From the NCBI GenBank assembly GCA_002633005.1, contig NMRA01000007.1:758362-822361 (forward strand): 64,000 nt of DNA, written 5' to 3'. Of this stretch, positions 13,201-27,045 are shown piece after piece; within the stretch, counting starts at the first letter, position 1, and each line of letters opens with the position of its first letter. Below the pieces are notes generated by a model that ran no database searches, was not told where the DNA came from, and saw nothing but the letters and a program-made list of their open reading frames with translations. Both the position numbers and the translations under genes were made by a program. Source of the DNA: Phoronis australis (taxonomy: Eukaryota; Animalia; Phoronida).

Positions 13201-14743
13201 TATTTAAAGTAAATATTTCATTTTAAGCTAAATCAACGTTTTTTAAGCTAATGATTCGAATATAAAACCTGTATTGTAACACCTGGTATATTCGACCTTG
13301 ACCTTCAGTGTATTCGATTCTGGCCTTGTATTCGGGATCTTAAACATTCTCAGTGAAGCGAATAAAAATTATTCGAATATGAAATTCACGCAACACGCGT
13401 TGTACTTTTTCATATTATTTATTCAATGTTTTGTGGATGGATTTTTATCGACTAATATTTTATGAACTTGACAGTACTTAAAACTCTGGCGGGCAGAAAC
13501 ACAAGAAAAATGACCGGAGTTCACGGTATGTGACTATAGAAACCGGTTTGAGGAGGAAGTTGCTACAAAAACGACAAAATAAGTGCCTGGCCCAGATATT
13601 GTGTTAGAGTGCTAATCGCAGCCTTTACACAGCTTCTCTGTGAGACTTTCAAGAAGCAACGCGGTAACTGGTCACGTGGTAGTGGGACCGCCTAATAGTA
13701 GCCTCTACAGGCAATTTCACTGTTGCTAAAACTGAACACATCACGAGTTATCACATACACGGTAAAAGAGTATTCTCGTGAAGACAACCTTATTCCCGTG
13801 TGGCACCCATTACGAAGAAGTACCTTCTGGTACAGTCAGGTGACGTTAAGACCGGTCCCATGTCACCCTCCCCCCCCCCCCTCTGCTTCTTCTCCTCAGC
13901 TGTAGTTCAGTGATACTTAAAACACCCACCATTTCAACTCAAAATGCAGTAATACAATCTTGTATGCACTACAGTTACAAATTACATAATTATCTGGGTA
14001 CAAGATAGTTACTAACTAGTGGATGTGAAGAAGCAAGGTGAGCTAGACACAGCTGTTGCATTGTGGGTAACTATGCCTTGGAATGAGAGTAGTGCTGTTC
14101 AGAACAGGCCTATTGAATCTAGCCAAGAGTTTTCACGTTTTTTCACAAACATGTTATATCATTAGCATTTCTTTGGCAATGTTTCTGACACCGATATTTT
14201 TTCGCCATTATTGTTTAAGGAAATGAAAGATTTTTGTGTGCCTAACACGTTTTGAATTGCCAGTCTTCAGTTTGATGAATTGAATTCCGATATTCCTCTT
14301 TTTGGTATCTCGATAGATTAAAAGCAGGTGGTATTTTATCAATATCGGGGCGTTCGTGAGAACAGGATGTCACGCTATAACCTAATTGCAGGCATTTCTT
14401 TGGACAGGTGCCTTGATACACTTGCGCCATCTGGCGGGATTCCGAGCTCCCCGTTGAGGCGTTCCAGTTTTCCTTTCCCAATACGAGAGAGTACAATAAC
14501 ACTCGAACTTTGTTTTAGTACGGGAGTCGCTGCACGGGAAATCATTCGGTCCGTGGGCTTCTGTGGCTCCAAAAAGGTTTAATCAAACAAGTGCGCTGTT
14601 CGTGAGAAGACCACTATTGTTTAAAGAGGAAATGTGTTTTTAACAGGAGTTGTTTTTCTTTTAAATACTGGACGGACTACTATACCGAACTTGGCCTAGT
14701 CGAAATCCGCCATCTGAACTGCAAGCGTATGAGTAATCACAAA

Positions 14744-17700
14744 GAGGTGGCACTGAACAGCTTTAGCTGGTTTGCGGCTTGAAATGGGTCCACACAGCTC
14801 CATCCATCTGCTATGAGATGTACAAAAGAAGAAAATATGAAGTGTGCTAGGCCAAAGAATTTACAAAGCGATTAAATTTATTGCAAAGTGAACTTTCCAT
14901 TTTTTACGGCTACCTCAAGTGCAACCAGCTGATTCAGAAACGCGGAGCAATTATACACAAAATTTTCAGTTTTCACCCAAAATCGTCATTCGCATCTGAT
15001 TCCGTAAGAACACTGCACTCATGACAGTCCAAACCTTCTTTAGTGTGGGTCACGAGTTGATATCGCACAAGTCGATTTTTAAGTGTCTCATGGGTGGGCG
15101 AATTTCCTCCAGATTTTTAACTTACTTGCAACCATTAAGAAAAGGTTAAGGAGAGCAACGACTGAAAAAAGGCTTGCTCAAACTGTCGACAAATTTCCTT
15201 CCGTCTCAAACATCCAGCAAATGCTCAACCAAACCAACAGTTGCTAATTCAGGGTGAGGTAAATTCAAGTGTGGCTAAAAATCGGGGAGGTAAAATCGAA
15301 TGTAGCTAAAATTGTGGCTAAAAAACTAGTGATAGATACGGCGGGTTCCACTGAGCAATCAACAGGTGACACTATGGCTGTTATCCGTTAAGACGTCAGA
15401 CTCCACTTAGAGAAGACATCTCGCCAAATCTGCTACATTTCGTGAAATGGGTCAAATTCGATTTTCGTTCTTAAGAAGGTAAGCAGGACAAACTGTAGCT
15501 TTAATAACACGAGTTTAAGTTAATGAAAATTCGCGATAAAAAGTAAACATGGTCATGGCTGTAGCATTACGGCAACGCATGTGAATATCAAGAGGATGTA
15601 ACATACAACCAGTCACCAGGTGGCTAGACCGTCTCCGTGCACCGTGAGTCAGCTCGCTGGTTTCCTGCGTGCCGCTAGGTGGGGCGGTAGCCGCGCCAGC
15701 ACGCGGGTATCACTTAATTTTCCTCGGTAAATTTTTTTACACCGGCGTTTCTGATTGGCTAGTCGAATCCTCAACAGGCGGCGCTTTACGCAAACAAACT
15801 GGCATGACTGATGGACTGAAGTGTAAATGTGGTCTGTTGTACAGACAAATCGGTGCTTAAAATTTATGTTCAGGAAATTTGAAGCCTAGAAATTGTGATT
15901 GCGATTTCGGAATGCATCTTTCTACTGTCGATGACTTTTGTTTACGATAGTGTCCTGTATTCATACAGTATGAATAACAAACCGGTTAAATCGGCCAGAT
16001 ATGTGTTTATTGTACATGTGCTTCAAGCACGCGGCTATTGAAATCACTGCAGAAACGAAATAGTTGTTGCGACGCCACTTGCATGACAAGGCTAAAAATC
16101 GTTCACTTGGCCATTTTTTCACGGTGTTGTAAAGCTAACCAATGACTGCCGAGGTTACATCGACCAATGCTAAAGCGCGTGCCATTGCCTGATGACCTGC
16201 GTGCTCATTAGGCTAAGCACGCAGGGAACCAGCTGCGAGCGTAAGTCAGATCCCCAAACACCACTTGCCGTGGAAATCGACCCGTAAAGAGAGAAGAAAT
16301 TATTCAAAGTAATCGAAAGTCGAAAAAGTCGCTTGACATTGTTTTTGTCTACTCATGGGTCTATAGCGTCGTCTGGCAGTCGTTTGAAATACCGCATGCG
16401 GAGATATCTCACATCGCATCTCAATACAATAGTACATGGTAACGTCTTCGACCCGTCCTGGCTCGTGATTGGCTTTGTTTCGAAGTAAATCCAGCACTGA
16501 TGCAAATTTATCCCACGGCGGTACACTTTTAATTTTCATGCACTTATAGATTCTCAGTATAATGCATTATGTACAGGCAAAATAACAAATAAATGGTGTT
16601 TTATGTATTATCCACAACCTTTTAAATGCGAAAGTAGCGACATGCATCTATCAGGCTAGGCTAGTCACCTCGAGTGACTTTCGGCGAAATCATTGACCTC
16701 GCCAGTTGAAGGACTGAGTCACGACATCGGGGGAAGGTTGACTTGACTTAAGCTGACTGCGCGCTATAGATAAGGGGAACGAGGGTGTGTTAGTTACTGC
16801 TGGCTATTACGAAGACAGCAACGTTGGGTGTTGCAGTAGGCCGGGAACTGTACTGCAAGAGCAACTTGAAGGTCATTTACATAGTGAGCAAACACTCAGT
16901 ACTAGTCGTCCGGGCCCCGCCGCCCGGTGGAGAATAATTCTTACTGAGACGGAAGCAGGCAACAGCGGCGCTACTTTCCGCAGACGAAAAAGCACTACCA
17001 TCAAAAGCAATGCTATGCGACCACTTTGGCTTTTGGTAGCTCATTCTTCCACTTCTCCTCCTCGCAAACTGTTCCTTTGTCCAACTGTTTTTGAGGGCAC
17101 TCTTCTATTTCACAAAAGACGTCGCTCTAGTCGATGAGAGTGACGTCTTTCGTGAAAATGTGCACTCTTCATGTTTGAGTAAGCCCTCAGGAGGCACAGG
17201 CAGAACAGTTCTCTCAGGGGTTTGCCTATCAAAGCACACGTCAATGGACTCTTCACCCTTTCTTAACTTTGTCAAAAACTGCATGCAATTAAATAAGGAA
17301 AAGTTTTGAGTCATTTCACATCACAAGCCCTACAGATGAGCACAGAAACTTTACTCTTGTATTTTTGACCCTTTCTCTCCCACTGAAAACCAAGCTAGAC
17401 TAAGAAAAATAAGGGCAAAAAAATGAAAATCGACACTTTTCACCCCAAAACCACCACTTCCCTGCCGATGCTCGACTAAAGCCAACATTAGATTCCGAAA
17501 GCAAATTTCCTACCGATTCCAAAAATGTGGTCCAAAAGTAGGCCTACTTTCAACCGATTAGTTTATTTTTGCAAATCTGGCTTGTTTGAGGACTACTTGA
17601 AATCGCAGCCAATTTCTCAGTTGCTACTCAGCAATGCACAATTGCAACAGGAGGCCACCATCTTGAAGAACAGTGCAGCTACAGCCGACCAAGTGGCCAT

Positions 17701-17843
17701 TTTTATTCTCAGCATATTCACAAATACAAACAAACCATATTCACGTGGCCTACATACAATACTTAATTAAAATGCTCCCAGATTTTAATATTTTGGGAGT
17801 GTAAATTGGCCGCGACCGCAGTCTAACTGTTCAGTGCCACCTC
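14744..17843. mobile_element. Putative decayed 3.1 kb TIR transposon
   Basis: Perfect 17 bp inverted repeat GAGGTGGCACTGAACAG (14744-14760 / 17827-17843), extending imperfectly to about 35 bp. The interior has only broken frames and no TSD was seen. Confidence 0.55.
15652..16240. mobile_element. Possible nested ~590 bp MITE
   Basis: Inverted repeat GCTGGTTTCCTGCGTGC (15656-15672) / GCACGCAGGGAACCAGC (16217-16233), with one mismatch. Confidence 0.4.
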
Positions 17844-19103
17844 ATTGGCTGTCGACTCGTTCGCCGAGGCGGTTCGCCACCTAGTGATTGAGTGTCAAAT
17901 TCCATAAGTGCAGTGTCGCCTATTGGTGACAATCAAAATTCTCAGAATAAGCTCCGATTTCACCTTATTCCTACCTGGCTGGAAAAGGACATCGCGTGTT
18001 TTTTGTTCAATGGCCATGTCGAGATCCTGGACTTACTTATCTCAGGAACTCGAGATCCTCACTTAAAATTGTGAAAGCCTCCAGAAAAATATCCAAATTT
18101 GGTTAAGTTCTGAACATCATATCTCAGAAATATGATGGTTGTCCGAATTAAAATGATGGCTATGTGTTATGCATTGTTTTTTAAAACGCTGATAGAAACT
18201 GTTTTTATAGTGTTCCACTATTGCAGGAGGGGTTGTCAAAAATAAGACTTTTGTGACTTTCTTGACAAAAAATCAAAAGTTACATGAAACGACACCGAAA
18301 TGATAATTTAGAAACCTACAACAATATTTATAGATTTCATGTGGAACATTTATACCAAATGAAGTTCGTTCAGGTTATTGATGATACCATCGTTTGGCTA
18401 TCGATATAACTTTCTTCCTAAATTTTACTAAAAGCATATGGTCACGTGACCCAGCTAATGGCAGATTAGTAAAAAGTCTAAAATGAAATTTCACAAGCTT
18501 TCTGCTTTCAGAAAATGTGTACTTTTACTGAGTTAAAATCTACAGTTTTCTATTAGATGTTTGTTGAAATACACATACTTGTGGACAAGGTTCCACAGAC
18601 CTACACTACACATAGCCTTAAAATAACACTAAACGTTGTTTTGATGATTTCATCCAGTCGTCTTTCTGTCACTTGCTAATGAATCATTGGCGTTAATCTT
18701 GAAAGAATCAACTAAAAGCTCATACTCCCTATGTCACGGATTGTCTATTGGGTTGTTGGTGGATGAACTTTCCCCACAGTTGGCGGGTAATTTGCTAAAA
18801 GAGTAGGTCACGCTTGCTAGATCCACCGGTGTTATCTAGAGTCTCAGTTTCAAGCTGGCGAGACTCCTATCCACCTCAGGGTAGTTCTCAGCCTGGGCTG
18901 ATACTGTTGTGTCAACTGGAGAAATTCATATCATCACTGAGATCATCATGATACTGAAAGTGTTTACGACTGCCTGAATATCACTTTGAGTGCGCTTGTA
19001 GCGCACTCTTTTGACACGTTTAGAAATGTTCCATGATTCTCAGGCCATATATAGGCGCCCAGTTAAAAATGTTCCATTTTGCTCCATCGTCTGTTTTAAT
19101 AGA

Positions 19104-19224
<121 letters not shown>

Positions 19225-21021
19225 ACTAATAACATCTTGTCTGCTATGGGACATGGGAAGGACACGACTTATCCTCGCACACACTTGAAATAAATCGTTT
19301 GGTGATTTAGAACAGAGACCAAGTGATCTCAGTTCCGGCGCACTAGCTTTGACTCACCTTGGAACAGGTAACAGACTGACACGGGTGTTGATTAGTGTGA
19401 AATTCCACTCACTTAAAATGAACGTGGATTATCTCGCTAGTTACATTCGCTCCACGAAACCGAGCATTTTCGGTTGTCACTGATCCGCATGGCACAGAGC
19501 AGCAGGTGCCTATTTCGTCGTGCCACTTTGAGAAGGTGTGAACAATATACCTGATGCCATCAAATCGAGAACTCCTGCCAGATTTCGATAAACGAGCCGC
19601 GAAAAGAAAACGAAGTGGGCTGAATACAAACTCAGCAGGGAGGCGTCGTGAATGTTAACAAATAACAGTTTCACTTGTTGTTATGTGTCACAAATGACAT
19701 GCACGAAAACTATCCTAGTGCCACAATGTCCCATTCATTTGAGCTTAACTTGTTGCCAATGATAGCGGACGATTTCTTAACGAGTTTCTAAGATTGGCCA
19801 TTTGTTTGAGTGCTTGGGTTTTTGAATTGCAAAGCGCGTAGTACTAGGTCGAGAGACCAACTAATATAGTTTGTTCCAGCTTGTCATTAGTTATGTATGC
19901 CGTCTGTGTGGAGTCTTTCTCGCACAGAAGCTTTACTAGGACGACTCGTTTTTGTTAATCATTTTTTTTTTCAAAATTTGTCACACATTCGTGTTATTAT
20001 TGTGTGAGGTTCTCAACACCGACGAGGTTACGACCCGCTCAGCAATCCGCCACGAGTTCTACGAACATATCGGCTAGGCCTATATGTTCACGTAATTTCA
20101 TTATTATAGTGCCTCACATTGGAAAGGGACTAGTGACGCAGTTCTCATGCGATTACAACATTTTTAACAAATTGGCTGTAAGTAAATCATCTTAGATTCT
20201 CCATGGTAACAAGGTGTACGTCAAGGTTGCATCGACGTGTTTACTCTATGTTACACCTGGCACGATTGCCATTCAATTCCACTCCCATCACTTGCGCGTT
20301 GCATTACTCTGGGAGACTTGTATCGGAAATATTTTGCTCAGTTCTACTGCCAGTCAATAGATGGCGTGTAAGGTCTCCAAGATCAAAACTTCATTAAAAC
20401 GAGCAGCTGGCCTGCGCAGTCAAGTTTGAAGAATACTGCTGAGTATCAACACTCGTCGTTATTACTGAGTCATGTGGATAAAACTCAGATTTTTATTGAA
20501 ATGGGTCGCTGTAACTTTGAAAAATCAAGTTATGCCAAGAACTACTTGTCAAATGATGTTCTGTCAACTTAACATTACTTTTTAAGCAAATAGAATTTAA
20601 TAATAGTTTTCAATATAACTTTTTATTTTTTGGGCCACCACAAAATAGTCTAAAACGTTGAATGACTGTCAACTTTTTAGAAACTTGAAAATTGATTAAA
20701 TAGGCAAATGCGCATAGGGCGTTGATTTTTTAATGTTTATATTTCAGTGACACTTTTTGATTAACGAGTCACGTTTTGTGTTCGGAAGTGGCGATTACAA
20801 GAGAAGGCGATCACTAAAAGCAAATTTCGATATTTTTGTTTGGGAGTATTTTGAACGATTTTAAAATGAAATTTTTAGTTAAAGCAAGTGGAATTCATTC
20901 TGCGACCGTCAAGGCTGAGCACCACGAGGACACTTCGCCATTGAATTGTCGTCTGATTTTACACTATCTGTGCGTTATGAACATAGACTACAATATAAAG
21001 TTCAGGTGGCAAAAACAGGGT

Positions 21022-21170
21022 TAGTTCTGGCGTGCTTTCAGTAACGCTAGGACCTAGCTAAAATCTAGCCAAAGTCACGTGTTCTCATTTAAAATGTACG
21101 GCAATGTTTCGCGTAATCTCGCGAAATCTTGCTTTTAGCGAGGTCTTAGCCTTACTGAACGGGAGGCTGG
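21022..21170 (+). mobile_element. ~150 bp MITE family (copy 2 of 3)
   Basis: Subterminal inverted repeats TTCAGTAACGCTAGGACCTAGCTAAAA / TTTTAGCGAGGTCTTAGCCTTACTGAA. Closely similar to 55761-55922. Confidence 0.8.
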
Positions 21171-22310
21171 TCTCTGTCTTTTTATAATTGAGTCGTTGGT
21201 ACGGTATTTTTTGTTGCTCACTTTTCAATAAAAAAATCTACCTGAGACTAAATATGATGCGGGATATACTCTTTTACTTTTCGCTTGGCAAATCATGGCA
21301 TTTCAAACCTTGCTTGAGCGTTTTTGTGCAGCTTGTCGAAAACGGAAACCTGACCTTAGCTGAAACTGATGCGAGAACACAACAGCTTTTCTTGAGTTTT
21401 TTGCGCCTTCAGAACGTGCGACGTGATTTTGTTCCTGGTGGGTGAAGCTGCTGGACACACAATTTATTTCTATTTGTGTTTCATTTAAAATTAAAATCAT
21501 TACCTTCAAGTCCTCATGTATTACAATACTAATATTGCTGGCAGAAAGCTGTTGCTAAAACTAACTCTCGGCCTAGTGTCATTTTGTAATTCCACGAGCA
21601 GTGATATGCTCGAAAAAACGAAACTTGTTGATCTAACAAATAATGCGTTCGTCACTAAATCAAAATTTAAAAAGAAAACGCAATTTTGCTTTACTCCCTA
21701 CCTATCTACATCAAGGTGTAGGTTGATGTGTTTGAGTGCGACGTGTGGGACTATTGTATTTCAGGAAACAATTTGATCAACTGTCCCCCAGCTGAAACTT
21801 TTGTCCTGAAACTAAATGCTCTATCATGTGAGTCTTTTTTGTATTTTTCGTACAATTTCCGGAATTTTTGCACAAAACTTTTACCCGAGTCAAAAATGCT
21901 AATAATTCCCCAATTATTGCGTTAATGTAACAAACTAGTAGGATTTCCGAATACATTCTACAAAAAGAAAATTCGTATGAACGGGCATTTTCTTTTATAA
22001 TTTTGAACACTCAAGAAACCCATTTGCCATTGAGTTTTATTTTAATGGGTTCAGTTTTAATGATTGTCAGTGTCGGAGAGCTTCTGCAAAAGAAATTTTC
22101 AATTTGAATTTCATTATAATTTTTGTACTTTGCCGTCTAATCGATACGTCAATATTTGTCGGCTGGACGTAAACCTCTCGACTTCTGGTTGCTTCGTGGA
22201 TAGATGGCGCATAACTTACGGACACTGGCTGTAGTGGACGTGTGGTGTTACCTTATGGGCATAACACAATCTTCATTTTGAAGATAAAAAACATGTTAAA
22301 ACAACAAACT

Positions 22311-22316
22311 TTTATT
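22311..22316 (-). terminator. Probable Otx polyadenylation signal (alternative AATAAA at 22642-22647)
   Basis: AATAAA on the minus strand followed by a GT/T-rich tract, implying a 3'UTR of about 1.3 kb. Confidence 0.45.
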
Positions 22317-23598
22317 CACCTTTTGAAAGAAAACAAACATCTGACAATTTCGACGACTTGCAGGGCACCAAACTTGTAACTGAATTAAAGTTTTAACTAT
22401 CATGGACATTTAGTGGTGTCTAACGAGTCTTCTCAAAATTATAAATAATAATTATATCAAATTCTTGTACAGATATTTACGATTGAGGAAGAAATGTCTA
22501 ACTCCACTGGTCATTTTAAACGTAATGTTTCTAAAAAGAAACTTGCTAAAGTAGATCAAAAATTTTATGTTGATGTCAGGCCAAATCTGGCGCTGCAAAA
22601 AGGATATATTAAAATCAGACAGAATGGCTAATACTAATATCTTTATTGGAAATATTCCATCCAACTTCGTTAAGTTCACAGACTCGGCCTTTGTTCTGGT
22701 AGGAGTTCAAAATTAAAATTGAACAAACAAATAAATAGAGAGAAACAGCAGCAGAAATGTTGTGAAATAATGATCCACGATTAGACACAAATCACGTGAT
22801 TTGTAAGGCCTCCAGTTCACCCCAACGATAGTCCCTTGTGTGACTCTACAATGACAGTGCCATGAGTGAATTTGATAATCACAGTGAACATCTTAAATAG
22901 AATATTTACATAGTTTGATCACGTTTTTAACATTCGTCCAATTCACATGGCTGTGCATTCCGTGCCTAATTTTATACTATTTAAATAAAATTCTAATTCA
23001 GTACTAAAATTGTTAAACTACTGTGATAAACAATTTTGCACATTTCTCTTATCAGGTTGTCATGAAGTTGTCATGGTTTCATGTAGACTAGATAAAACAT
23101 ACATTATGCGTTTAGCAAACGTATCCGCCACAATATACTTTAATTACAAACACAATAGTTGCACCTTTTTATCAAATAATACACGTGATAACACGGTAAA
23201 CAGAAGACTAGCCGAAGACAAATTCCGACTTGAGCAATGCCTATCCAAATTACATTTCAACAAACTAAAGTTCCCATTGGATAAATGAAAAGAAAAAACA
23301 CATTTGAACAGAACGAGGACACTGAAATAATGTTATAGTATATGAGTTTCAACAGCAATATCCGACCAGACGATAATTCCGTGTCAGGAAGGTGCCGTTT
23401 TAGGTTGATCGGAATGTATCGGGAATATCAGCTGGCTCAGATCCTTCTATGGTAGTCAACATTGTGAGACAGTTTAAATGGAAGTTTTGACAATGGCAGT
23501 TTGCACAGCTTCGCCATCTGCTGCACGCAAGTGTCAAAACGAGTACAGTTATTTTAGCTCGGTTACTTTTCCAAGGAAAGCTCTAACCTCTGTGAGGT

Positions 23599-24126
23599 TC
23601 ACAAAACTTGAAATTTAGGCCACGAAGCGTCCTTATAGTCCATACAATCGCTAGAGGGCGGTCCTCTAGCCAGCGACTGTGCTCCCGGTAGGGGGCCGTA
23701 GCCAGTCATTTGATTGTGTGAGCCAGAGAGACTTGTGGGAGTCATCTGCCCTGACGACATGGTTGGGAGCTGCATTTGCGATAAATAATCCATGTTGCCA
23801 TAGTAGGCGGAATGTCCATAATTTTGTGGGTTGTAAGCGTGTTGGCTGTGGCTACCCATGTGGTAGGGACTCGGCCTCTGCATGCAACTATTTGGTGAGT
23901 TCACCAGATCGGCGACGGGAGGAATGGAAGCTGGTGACCAGATGGGGGCCGCAGTCTGAACCGGGCTTGGGATTGGCACACTGACGCTAGGTGGCGCTTT
24001 GATAAAATTGCCTGGTGACGAACTCTGCGGTGGCGGAGGAGATTTGGACTTGCGAGCCTTTGCTTTGTCTGACCCTTGACCTTTCTGTTGTTGCCGACAC
24101 TTTGCCCTGCGATTTTTAAACCAAAC
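23599..24126 (-). CDS. otx: Otx last coding exon (VWFKNRRAKCRQQQ...PIWSP...DCMDYKDASWPKFQVL*)
   Basis: K50 helix 3 (WFKNRRAK), WSP motif and Otx tail. Acceptor TCTACAG| with a CTAAC branch point about 25 nt upstream. Phase 0 matches the previous exon. TGA at 23599-23601. Confidence 0.97.
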   Translation of the reverse strand, partial: VWFKNRRAKCRQQQKGQGSDKAKARKSKSPPPPQSSSPGNFIKAPPSVSVPIPSPVQTAAPIWSPASIPPVADLVNSPNSCMQRPSPYHMGSHSQHAYNPQNYGHSAYYGNMDYLSQMQLPTMSSGQMTPTSLSGSHNQMTGYGPLPGAQSLARGPPSSDCMDYKDASWPKFQVL

Positions 24127-24530
24127 CTGTAGACAAAGAGATTGTTTAGAGTTAGCTTTCTTCTTCTCAAACAATGATCGTACAGATTTGGGAAGGTAGC
24201 AGACAATTCTTGATTGCTACACAAAAATCGCCATCTAGAAGTTTTATTTGCCCTTATTCACACCTGAGTCAGAGATTGCCTGAACCATTGACATGTAGTT
24301 GTGATATTTCATTAAACTCACTAAACCTTTTTGACACTTTCCCACTTTCGAAGGGACCAACGTTGACATTTAATCATGTTTTCAGACATTACAAGTCGTT
24401 TAGGAAGATTAAAATTCCGTCTAAAGAAGCCGTTCCCGCGCTACAAACAGCGTCCGTATAATAGATCATCAACGTCCACTCGACAATGACAGAAGATTTG
24501 ACAACATTCTCGCCCGCACGTTACGTCGTC

Positions 24531-24932
24531 TTATCCCACGCACGATCTCGCTACTGGCGTAATCTCGCGTTATCTCCACTTATCACGCGTTATCGCACCA
24601 AGTGTCAGATAAGTACACATCTATTATGCAACACACAAAAATAACTAAAGCTGTCGAAAAACACAGTTATCTCTCTGTGATAACTGTGTCATTCTGCAAC
24701 GAGTTATCGCGGTTCGACTCAAAGTACAGGACAGTTCCTGAATGGACGGTTAGTGCCGCACGTAAAAGGCAATGAACCGAGGGAAAATTTGATGCGGTAC
24801 GCTAGTGATGATTAGACATGGAACGCTTCTCCGTGGAACGCGAAGGGCTCTCGATGGATATTAATAACTCGCCAAACAAGCCAACAACGACAGCGGAATA
24901 ATTTAATTGAAAACTTATGGATTAAAGGATTA
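24531..24932. promoter_or_regulatory. Candidate intronic enhancer: GATA-site cluster plus tandem Otx (K50) sites
   Basis: Eight GATAA/TTATC sites in 24531-24708, and GGATTAAAGGATTA at 24919-24932. Confidence 0.45.
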
Positions 24933-27045
24933 CCTGTGTCATCACAATTGTCACCGTTACTCACGTTGTTTTAAAGACTTAACTGTCGTAATATTTTAGG
25001 TCACATCGCGCTCAAAGAGATTGGCCACAAAAAGTAGCGCCGTGTTCCACCTATTTGAACGTAACCAGGGAGACTCCAATGATGAAAAATTTGTTTCATG
25101 ATAAGTGACTTAAGTCAGAAATTTGTTCTTGGGCACCCACTTCACGAGTAAAGATTTAGCCATCTAATTATTAGCCCATCACAGTCAAGAAATAAATTAT
25201 ACCAGTGACCTGCAGTTATGGTTTCATTCCCAGAGATTTTGTACTTTTGCTAATGTGAGATTTATTCACAAATAGTTGTGTGGACCGTAATACCTAATTC
25301 CTGATTTGGTCGTAAGTCACTTTTTAAGAATAAGACTCGTGTGTGATAACCTTTTTCACACCGAATTTAAACGCATTGTTGTGCGAAACTCATCACAACA
25401 AAAATAACGGTTTCTAATAGCAACATGAAGAGCAGTAGTTTATGCATACCTTTTCTCATTTGTTTAATTCGTTCAAGGAATAACAAACAAATCCCACCGT
25501 GTCACTAGTGTAGTTTGTCACGTGGTGAGACACATGCACTCACAGGGGGCCAATAAATGTATACACAAATTTAAAGTTAAAACAACAAGTAATTAAACTC
25601 AATTATCAATCAGAGGTGGGGATTCGCTGCAAGATTCGTCTCCCGGCAACTAACAATAACAAACAGAGGAGAGTGTATGCAGTTCCCTCGATTCTCGAAG
25701 TGGCTAGTTTGAACGGGTGCTCTGATTGAAAAAAATAGATAGTAAAACGTCCCATACAAACGCGAAAAAAGACGTCGACAGAGAGCGATTTTTGTTTTAT
25801 TTCTGAATTACTGGTGATATAGAAGGCAATTCACCGTGTCAGTGACTGTGTTGCATAAGGAATTATCGATGGATTACTTGGTATTAAGGTGCAAAATTAC
25901 ATTAAACTGGATTTGATGACTAACCAGGTGTTTGTATAAAGACTGTCCCTTTTCGAGGAGTCAAAATGCGAGGTTTTTAATTCCGACTTTAAACAAGTTT
26001 TTGTTCAAATTAATTTCCAATATAAACACGGCTATTGTTGCCGTGTCAAGTGGCTAAGCGAACGTGGTTTCCACTCTCGCTATGCAAATTGAAATGTTTA
26101 CAAACCGTAGACCGGCTATTCTTCGTGTTAAGATAAAATTCCTTACGTCCGCCATTTTGTAACTGTTGTGTGTCGTTCATTTATAGCGACCGCGACGAGA
26201 ATTACGAAGGCAAACAAACAGCGATGACACTTTCCGCTCAGCTGCGCGCCAGTGCGTTAACGAACTGACATTTTGATGTTCGGTCTGAGAGACGCGCGAA
26301 CACGTGCTGCACGACATGACATTTGCGCTGTGCTGGTTATTATTTCAATACGCGTCTTGCGACTTAAATATGTATTTTATTTTCGTTGGGAGAGCCTAGC
26401 CAAATCAAAACCCATTATAATAATCAATTTATGTTCTCACAGCGACAAACTAGTCAAAAGAGTCTGTCGTGTCATAAGGCGCCAACCGGCCATGTATTGT
26501 CTACCGGTGCGTTTCCGACAGGGCTCGCCTAGAGTTATCCAACACTTGTTCCTATAGCAACTCACCAACTAACTTTACTCGAGTTTCCAAACCACACTTT
26601 TGTTGAGTCCACTAAACTCGGAGTCACAACAGTTTGTTCATATGTTCTCATCCAATGACAAACGCCTGCTATCAATTTTCATTGGGTTGTCCATCTCATT
26701 TAATGGTTTGTCTGACTGTGATTCGACGTTTTTTACTCGCGGAAGCTTCGGGCGCAGTTCTTTTTTACTAATACAATGTAGTTTTCTCGAATTACCATTC
26801 TTAGTTCAGAGTCTTGTTGTTGGTAGGCGCGTGACGAGACGGCCCGCGAGAATGACAGCGATCGTGTTACCGCACAGTCATTCAGATTTTTTCGAATGAA
26901 AAATTGCATTTGACACTCCGCGTCTCTTGTTTTGTTCGCGCTCATCTCGTTCTCAGAGTTGAAAACACAAATCACATCTCAATTAATTTACTATAGAAAA
27001 TATAATTAAAACTAATTAAACGTTAATGATTCGAAGGCTACGCAC

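Noticed and set aside
18640-19010. Coding-like minus-strand stretch and a 9 bp hairpin (18988-19008)
   Set aside because: Multiple stops in the frames examined and no recognisable domain. Probably a decayed repeat; too little evidence for a Helitron end.
24127-24174. MFEKKKANSKQSLCLQ as the Otx N-terminus
   Set aside because: Intronic: it contains the branch point and acceptor, and the rest of the homeodomain is at 27046-27197.
23679-24224. ORFs overlapping the last Otx exon (antisense and alternative frame)
   Set aside because: Shadows of the GC-richer Otx coding sequence.
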